From a virus (Duplodnaviria > Caudoviricetes): DNA of 30,466 bases. Positions 25,612 through 30,466 of the stretch are shown piece by piece. The notes under the pieces were generated by a model. That model was not told the DNA's origin. It made no database searches and saw only the letters and a program-made list of their open reading frames with translations. The stretch lies in the IMG/VR virus record IMGVR_UViG_3300033168_000007, positions 1 to 30,466 of that record; one strand, given 5' to 3'. The translations under genes were made by a program, and so were the position numbers. Numbering within the stretch: the stretch's first letter is position 1; every line of letters starts with the position of its first letter.

Positions 25612-25907
25612 CGGAGACGCTGCCAGCAGATGCTTGTCGGGGTAATGGGTGCGGCGCAGTGCGCGCATTGGACACGGACGTAAGAGGTGAGGGAGGCCAT
25701 CATTTGCACTTTGTGCAGCTGGCACCACAGGAAGGGGTGCTGATGTGCACAAGGCGGTTCGAGTATCCGCATCACCCACACGGCGGACCGTTCGCATACT
25801 GGGTGAGGCCCGCCCCCCCGGCCTACATCACAAGGCGGCACGAAATCCAGGCACGCCAACGTCCAGCCGTCGACGTCGGGCTCGATCACAACTTCGGTGG
25901 TGGTCAC
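25608..25907 (-). CDS. Cys-rich hypothetical protein
   Basis: 99 aa, several Cys/His pairs, coupled. Confidence 0.7.
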   Translation of the reverse strand: MTTTEVVIEPDVDGWTLACLDFVPPCDVGRGGGPHPVCERSAVWVMRILEPPCAHQHPFLWCQLHKVQMMASLTSYVRVQCAHCAAPITPTSICWQRLR

Positions 25908-26110
25908 GACACTCGCCTCCGTTGCAGAAACTCAGCGGCAGCCCGGGATGCCGCGCGCCGTGAGGACGATCCGGCTGGCTTGCCCGCGGTGGCTTCGACG
26001 GCGCGTCGCAGCTCGGCGGGCAGCGTGGCCCGGCAGTCAGCGCAGGTGACGGTGCGGACGAGCGGCATGCGCCCGCAGCCACCGGGGCAGGGGTGACGGC
26101 GAGCAGTCAT
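25904..26110 (-). CDS. Small Zn-finger-like protein
   Basis: HPCPGGCGR...C.DC..LP.ELR; ATGA-coupled start at 26110. Confidence 0.75.
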   Translation of the reverse strand: MTARRHPCPGGCGRMPLVRTVTCADCRATLPAELRRAVEATAGKPAGSSSRRAASRAAAEFLQRRRVS

Positions 26111-26388
26111 ACGGCACCACCCAGCGACAGCAACTCGAGCAGGTCGGTCGGCTCGGCGTCGCAGTGGCAGTCGCACGAGCAGCGCCACACGTGCGACGGG
26201 CGCACCACCATCGGCAGCGACTGCGGCACACCGCCATTGAGGCCGATGCTCACGTAGCACTCCGGCCACCACGAGCCGTGTTGCTGGAGACCGCCGAGCC
26301 GGTGAGCGCACTGCCCGTGGTGCCCGGCACCGCAGTGCCCGGACACGCCACCCTCACAGGCTGGAGGAATCCCGAAGTCGGCGATCAT
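26107..26388 (-). CDS. Cys/His-rich hypothetical protein
   Basis: C.GG.SGHC..GHH.QC.H...WRCSCDCH; start 26388. Confidence 0.75.
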   Translation of the reverse strand: MIADFGIPPACEGGVSGHCGAGHHGQCAHRLGGLQQHGSWWPECYVSIGLNGGVPQSLPMVVRPSHVWRCSCDCHCDAEPTDLLELLSLGGAV

Positions 26389-26642
26389 GACGGCGTCCCG
26401 TCCACGAGCCTGTAGGTCCAGTCGAGCAGCTCGCGCGGGTTGGACTGGTCGGAGATCATCGCGGCCAGGGCGATGCACATGACGTGCAGCTCGGTACGGG
26501 AGAAGGTGTCCAGCCACCGCCACACTGAGGCAGGATCTTCGTCGCGCACCATGGTGACGGCTTCCAGGCCGCGCTGAGCGCTGTTCTCGCACAGCGCACC
26601 ACGCTCACGGCGGTCGGTCGGCAGCAGCGTCGGCGCGGCCAC
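26385..26642 (-). CDS. Hypothetical phage protein
   Basis: VRDEDP..VW..L...IALAAMI...LL.WT; GTG start near 26642. Confidence 0.7.
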   Translation of the reverse strand: MAAPTLLPTDRRERGALCENSAQRGLEAVTMVRDEDPASVWRWLDTFSRTELHVMCIALAAMISDQSNPRELLDWTYRLVDGTPS

Positions 26643-26644
26643 GA

Positions 26645-27124
26645 TCAACCCACCTCGTCTTTGGTGAGCAACTTGAGCGTGCCCAGATCGTCGGGGGTCT
26701 CGCAGTCTGCGAGGTCGCCGCCGTAGTAGCCGTTCGAGTCGTTGCGGAAGCTGAACACCGACGACACCTCGCCGAACATGGGATGCACAGTCGTGAAGCG
26801 GTAGCCGTAGCAAACGACCTGGTCGGCGCCGTAATCCCCGGCTCGGTTGTCCTTGTTATCCTCCGTGACATAGCCGGGGTCACCCGGGTCGAGGGCGACC
26901 GCTTCCCATGCGATGATCGGCCCGTTGTCGAGCAGGTGACTCACGCCGTAGAAGTCATAGAAGTAGCTGTGTGAGCAGCAATCTCCATAGACGGTGAACG
27001 CCACCGGCTCAGCATCGGTCACGAACACGATGGTTTCCTCGCCCATGTAGATACCTCGGATGGTGCGGCCCACCAGGGAGTCGAGTTGCTCGGTAGGGCC
27101 GTAGTGGTGATTGCCGGTGTGCAT
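26645..27124 (-). CDS. Conserved phage hypothetical protein (DCC / SNGYYG motifs)
   Basis: LVGRTI..I, GDCCSHS, FRNDSNGYYGG; TAATG coupling, GGAG RBS. Confidence 0.85.
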   Translation of the reverse strand: MHTGNHHYGPTEQLDSLVGRTIRGIYMGEETIVFVTDAEPVAFTVYGDCCSHSYFYDFYGVSHLLDNGPIIAWEAVALDPGDPGYVTEDNKDNRAGDYGADQVVCYGYRFTTVHPMFGEVSSVFSFRNDSNGYYGGDLADCETPDDLGTLKLLTKDEVG

Positions 27125-27450
27125 TACTGCTCTCCTTGATTCGGGGGGACTGCTTCCCGCTCGGCCCGGTGCACGGCGGCGGCGAGGTTGGCTGCGATCT
27201 CGTCGGCTCGTTCGCGGGGCAGGTAGGTGGTGTCCATGCGGTCGGCCACGCAACCCTCGTCCTCGCACCACCCGGCACGCACCCAGGTGGTGCGGTAGCG
27301 GTTGGCGCCCCTCAGTAGGAGCCCCAGCGCAGGCTCGAAGAGGCGCACGTAGCCGTGAAAGACGGCAGGCTCACCGCAGACGATGCAGTGGTCGAAGGTC
27401 CAGGCGTACCAGTCCTCGTCGATCTGGGCGAGCACCCGGGGCGCGGTCAC
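27124..27450 (-). CDS. Hypothetical protein
   Basis: 108 aa, CIVCG and AGWC, coupled. Confidence 0.75.
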   Translation of the reverse strand: MTAPRVLAQIDEDWYAWTFDHCIVCGEPAVFHGYVRLFEPALGLLLRGANRYRTTWVRAGWCEDEGCVADRMDTTYLPRERADEIAANLAAAVHRAEREAVPPNQGEQ

Positions 27451-27605
27451 TTGGAATCACCACCGGAAGCGGAGGAAATGATCTGCCCGACGATGATGAG
27501 TGCCTGCTGCTCGGTGAAGCCTTCGTTCGTCAATGCGATGTAGACCTGGCGAGTCACGGACGCCATCTGCCGTAGGTCAGCGCTCGGCTCGGTTGGACTC
27601 GTCAT
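27447..27605 (-). CDS. 52-aa helical protein (not in ORF track)
   Basis: MTSPTEPSADLRQMASVTRQVYIALTNEGFTEQQALIIVGQIISSASGGDSK*; GAGGAG RBS, coupled. Confidence 0.8.
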   Translation of the reverse strand: MTSPTEPSADLRQMASVTRQVYIALTNEGFTEQQALIIVGQIISSASGGDSK

Positions 27606-27898
27606 CGCTTGCTCCTCGATCGAATGGCGGCGCGCTGCGCCCGCTTGCGGTGGGCCTCAGCAGCACGGCAGGTAGCGAAGTGAGAGAGGTAGGTGTTTTG
27701 CCCATCCGCGCGAGCGCCGGCCGCCTGGCCGGGTGTGAGCACCCCGGCGTTCCAGTGCTTGCCGTCGTGCGCGAGGACGATGTTGCCGCTGGCAGACGGG
27801 CGCACCTCGACGGGCAGGTGCGTGCCCTTGGGGCCGGTGACGAACATGATCGGCTCGGAGCACGAACGGCAACGGGCGGCTCGGGGCAGAGGAGTCAT
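27602..27898 (-). CDS. Zn-binding hypothetical phage protein
   Basis: CRSC..PI.F...G..LPV...GNI...SHFATC; start 27898. Confidence 0.8.
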   Translation of the reverse strand: MTPLPRAARCRSCSEPIMFVTGPKGTHLPVEVRPSASGNIVLAHDGKHWNAGVLTPGQAAGARADGQNTYLSHFATCRAAEAHRKRAQRAAIRSRSKR

Positions 27899-28131
27899 GC
27901 CGTCACCTCGACGAGGGCGCCACGCTGCGCCAGCTCGGGTGACAGCGACTCGGTGACGGTCCCGCCGTGGTTGCAGTGCGTGACTGTGATGCGGCCGCCC
28001 CAGTACGTGCACACCGCGACGAGGCGCGTCGGCTCGGACCACTGCCCGTCCTCGCGCGGCAGGCGCACGATCCTCGAGAACAGGGCGTCGTCGAGGCGTC
28101 GAGTGGCCCACTGGACCTTCACCGCGCTCAC
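27895..28131 (-). CDS. Hypothetical protein
   Basis: 78 aa from GTGA-coupled start at 28131. Confidence 0.65.
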   Translation of the reverse strand: MSAVKVQWATRRLDDALFSRIVRLPREDGQWSEPTRLVAVCTYWGGRITVTHCNHGGTVTESLSPELAQRGALVEVTA

Positions 28132-28268
28132 CGGCCGAACGCAATGGCTGCGAAGAACAGGAAGATGAGCAGCCACAGACCGCCGACGCCGACGATCGTG
28201 GCCGCCGTTGGGTGTCGCCAAAGCCAGGCGTCGATGGCGGCCATCAGCTGTGCTTCGAGGGGGATCAC
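28128..28268 (-). CDS. Small membrane protein (not in ORF track)
   Basis: MIPLEAQLMAAIDAWLWRHPTAATIVGVGGLWLLIFLFFAAIAFGR* (46 aa), coupled at both ends. Confidence 0.7.
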   Translation of the reverse strand: MIPLEAQLMAAIDAWLWRHPTAATIVGVGGLWLLIFLFFAAIAFGR

Positions 28269-28567
28269 AGCACACCTAGTTTCAGATCAAGCCAGCTGTT
28301 GTAGGCCTCATCCGTCTCGGCCACCTCGTCGGCGTGCACCGCGCAGAGGTCGTTGCCTGGTAGCGCCTCGCGGTCGCAGTCGTCGCAGAGGGAGGACGGT
28401 CGGACCGCCTGTACGGTGATCTCGTCGTCGGTCAGCCAGTAGTCGTACGCGTCTTCGACGCCGGTGGCGAGCCAGTACGAACGCTCGGCGCTGGGCGGGT
28501 ACATGACCCGATCACGGCACAGGTCGGTGATCTCCAGGTCGCCGCCGACGTACGCCCGGGCGGTCAT
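28265..28567 (-). CDS. Hypothetical protein with C-terminal C..C...C..H
   Basis: 100 aa from ATGA-coupled start at 28567. Confidence 0.75.
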   Translation of the reverse strand: MTARAYVGGDLEITDLCRDRVMYPPSAERSYWLATGVEDAYDYWLTDDEITVQAVRPSSLCDDCDREALPGNDLCAVHADEVAETDEAYNSWLDLKLGVL

Positions 28568-28698
28568 ACCGCCGCCTCGCAGACAAGCGCCAGGTACTGG
28601 CCGATAGCTGCGCACTCCCGCGCTTTCGCCCAAGACAGGCGCACACCTTCACGGCGGCGGGTACGCCAGATGTGCCAGGTAACGCGGTACTCGGTCAT
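28564..28698 (-). CDS. Small hypothetical protein
   Basis: 44 aa MTEYRVTWHIWR..., coupled at both ends. Confidence 0.6.
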   Translation of the reverse strand: MTEYRVTWHIWRTRRREGVRLSWAKARECAAIGQYLALVCEAAV

Positions 28699-28943
28699 CG
28701 GTAGACCACCGCCAAGATGCCGAGGATGATCAGAGACTCGACCACCAGGCACACGGCCACGGTCGTGAGCACATTGGACCGACGCGCCGGACGCGGCGCA
28801 GGCGGTATCTCCACCTCATGGCCAAACTCGGCGAACCACTCGGCCCACGCTTCGAGCTCGTCGGCGTGGGTGAAGTCGGTGGAGCACGGCGTGGCTGGCC
28901 ACTGGGACGGGTGACGCCGTTGGGCGTCGCCGTAGGCGCTCAT
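28695..28943 (-). CDS. Membrane-anchored hypothetical protein
   Basis: 82 aa with a C-terminal hydrophobic helix. Confidence 0.7.
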   Translation of the reverse strand: MSAYGDAQRRHPSQWPATPCSTDFTHADELEAWAEWFAEFGHEVEIPPAPRPARRSNVLTTVAVCLVVESLIILGILAVVYR

Positions 28944-29296
28944 GCGGTGGCCTTCTTTCGCACGACTGGCCGGTTCACAGCAGGCTGCTGCTGGGCCTTG
29001 GGGATGTAGAAGGTTGGGCCGGCGGTTCGGCGCCTGACATGCCGGCGGTTGCGGCGGTTCGGCGCCTTGTGAACGACGAGCCAGATCACGCCGATCACTC
29101 GTGGCGTGTCGGGGGTTGACCGCGGAGGTGGGCGTACCGCCTGCTGCGCCTCGTGGCGATCACACAGGCCGGACGGGTTCCAGGTCATCGTGCGCGGCTC
29201 GACCCGGCGGCCGGTGACGCGCACACCGCAGTCGCGGCAGGCGCAGGCACGCTCACGAGGCTGGTGGACGGGTGGGTTATTCTCTGTGTTGATCAC
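28940..29296 (-). CDS. Basic hypothetical protein with Cys motif
   Basis: GTG 29296 preceded by AAGGGAG; alternative coupled ATG at 29389; CACRDC...LCDRH. Confidence 0.6.
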   Translation of the reverse strand: MINTENNPPVHQPRERACACRDCGVRVTGRRVEPRTMTWNPSGLCDRHEAQQAVRPPPRSTPDTPRVIGVIWLVVHKAPNRRNRRHVRRRTAGPTFYIPKAQQQPAVNRPVVRKKATA

Positions 29297-29320
29297 GGAG
29301 CTGCTCTCCCTTGTGGTCGT

Positions 29321-29352
29321 GCCCTCGGTGTTCATGCACCGGGGGCTTTTGT
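29321..29352 (+). terminator. Intrinsic terminator on the + strand (antisense to the early operon)
   Basis: GCCCTCGGTG-TTCATG-CACCGGGGGC-TTTTGT: 10-bp stem with one G:U pair, then a U tract. Confidence 0.75.
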
Positions 29353-29385
29353 GTGGGTCCGTGCGGATAGGGGGGTCGGCGGCCT

Positions 29386-29676
29386 TCATGAGGCCCGCTT
29401 GGCGCGCTGGGCATCCATCGCCGCCTCGCGGCACTGGGTGCACCGGCAACCCCAGTGCGTGTAGGCGCCCGTGGTGCCGTGCACAGCCAGCGGATGCACC
29501 AGCCGACCGGCGATCAGTTCCCGCCCGGCGAGGCGCCGCGCCTGTTCCCGCCGCTGTTTCGCGGTGCGTTCCGCCGCGCACTCGTCACAGCGGCAGCGGT
29601 GCTCGCTCAGCACGCTCTTCTCGGCGCTCATCGGGGCCATGTTCGGCGGAAGATCGAACGGCTGGTAGGCACTCAT
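29386..29676 (-). CDS. Zn-binding protein with HGT..AY..WGCRC..C motif
   Basis: 96 aa, ATGA-coupled to cro; two CRC..C motifs. Confidence 0.75.
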   Translation of the reverse strand: MSAYQPFDLPPNMAPMSAEKSVLSEHRCRCDECAAERTAKQRREQARRLAGRELIAGRLVHPLAVHGTTGAYTHWGCRCTQCREAAMDAQRAKRAS

Positions 29677-29900
29677 GCTGCGACCACTTCGGACGGCATG
29701 AGGTCCGACAGCGGCACGTTGAGGCGTTGGGCAATCGCTGTCAGTTCGTTGATGTTGAACGGCGTACGCCCACGAAGGCGCGCCGACACTGATGCTTGGT
29801 TGGTGCCGAGGTGTTCGGCCAACTGGGTCTGGCTGATGCCTGCGTACGCCAAGGCGGCGCGGACTTTCCTGCCGACCTCCGCGCTGGGTGTAGTAGTCAC
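29673..29900 (-). CDS. Cro-like XRE-family HTH protein
   Basis: 75 aa, ISQTQLAEHLGTNQASVSARLRG.TPF; divergent from the repressor. Confidence 0.9.
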   Translation of the reverse strand: MTTTPSAEVGRKVRAALAYAGISQTQLAEHLGTNQASVSARLRGRTPFNINELTAIAQRLNVPLSDLMPSEVVAA

Positions 29901-29906
29901 GACTCA

Positions 29907-29936
29907 GTTCTAGTGCATTGGCCGCTAGTGTGTCAA
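29907..29936 (-). promoter_or_regulatory. Early lytic promoter, probably leaderless
   Basis: TTGACA (29936-29931), 18 bp, TAGAAC, 6 bp, then the GTG of cro. Confidence 0.65.
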
Positions 29937-29977
29937 GCACTGAGAGCTAGTTAGGTAGCTGTCATTAGTGGCTCATG

Positions 29978-30006
29978 TTGTAATCGCTGCTGAGAGGCTC
30001 TAGCAT
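29978..30006 (+). promoter_or_regulatory. Repressor promoter, probably leaderless
   Basis: TTGTAA (29978-29983), 17 bp, TAGCAT (30001-30006), 6 bp, ATG 30013; no RBS. Confidence 0.75.
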
Positions 30007-30012
30007 CACCGC

Positions 30013-30396
30013 ATGACCGCTGTTATCGAGTTCCCGCGACGCACGCCGCTACGTACGGCCGTCGCCGCAGAAGTGCGCGCGCTGATGGGCCGCTACAACG
30101 TGAACCAGACGAAACTGGCCGACGTCCTCGGCGTCACGCAGACGCAAGTGAGCAAGCGTCTGCGTGGGCTGATTCCCTTCGACGTCGACGAGCTGGACGT
30201 CATGGCCGGTTACTTTCGCGTTTCTGTGACCGAGCTAGTAGGGGGGCCTGCAAACAGTCCTCGACCGGGAGGCCCGACCGAGGGTGTTGAGGACGCAGCG
30301 TCGAGCGCCGCCGAAGGTGGGCCCCGTCAGATTCGAACTGACGACCTGCGGATTAAAAGTCAGCGGAAAGACGTCACCGACGATGCTAAGGAGTAA
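30013..30396 (+). CDS. Immunity repressor (XRE HTH) with an att core in its 3' end
   Basis: VAAEVRALMGRYNVNQTKLADVLGVTQTQVSKRLRG.IPF; the C-terminal part is encoded by antisense tRNA sequence. Confidence 0.88.
   Translation: MTAVIEFPRRTPLRTAVAAEVRALMGRYNVNQTKLADVLGVTQTQVSKRLRGLIPFDVDELDVMAGYFRVSVTELVGGPANSPRPGGPTEGVEDAASSAAEGGPRQIRTDDLRIKSQRKDVTDDAKE
30316..30361 (-). other. 3' half of tRNA-Lys(UUU): phage attachment site core
   Basis: Minus strand reads GA CTTTTAA TCCGC AGGTC GTCAG TTCGAAT CTGAC GGGGCCC A CC (anticodon loop, variable loop, perfect T arm, acceptor 3' strand). No matching D arm or 5' acceptor strand. Confidence 0.9.
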
Positions 30397-30466
30397 CGCG
30401 GGATCCGGTCTGTGCTGGTAAGGGATGGTGCTCCGACTTTTCGGGTCCCTGTTCGTGACACAGTGT

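Larger units (their letters stand above)
122..30466 (-). mobile_element. Temperate siphovirus genome segment or prophage (actinobacterial host)
   Basis: Contiguous tail, head, packaging, replication/recombination and immunity modules; high GC; pervasive ATGA/GTGA/TGATG gene coupling. Confidence 0.97.

Noticed and set aside
30316-30396. Complete tRNA-Lys gene on the minus strand
   Set aside because: The 5' part cannot form the acceptor stem (needs about GGGCCCC) or a proper D arm, and the anticodon stem has a mismatch.
30397-30466. Possible integrase start or arm-type sites after the repressor
   Set aside because: Only 70 bp are visible; nothing diagnostic.

Overview
High-GC temperate siphovirus or prophage of an actinobacterium, encoded almost entirely on the minus strand. 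From right to left it carries: a divergent repressor/Cro switch, with a tRNA-Lys(UUU) 3' half (att core) inside the repressor ORF; an early operon of many small coupled genes, a Xis-like HTH fused to a YqaJ/RecE exonuclease, RecT, an HNH, a replication initiator with iterons, RusA, a second HNH and a Zn-finger/HTH putative late regulator; a cluster of small accessory genes (15.9-18.7 kb); a packaging HNH, TerS, TerL, portal, HK97-type protease and major capsid; and head-tail, tail tube, frameshifted chaperone, tape measure and minor tail genes. The 3' end of an IS630-family transposase abuts the tail gene stop codon. No integrase or lysis genes are in the window. Three observations from manual translation stand out: (1) an unannotated 53-aa gene (17444-17605) that is a 26/37-identical copy of a segment of the phage's own tape measure protein, near a gene with a terminase-like motif, suggesting a possible decoy/mimic island; (2) an HNH cassette flanked by two heavily recoded copies of the rusA 3' end; (3) an att core in the repressor that is not followed by a tRNA 5' half. 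Family calls are from motif recognition only; no searches were run.
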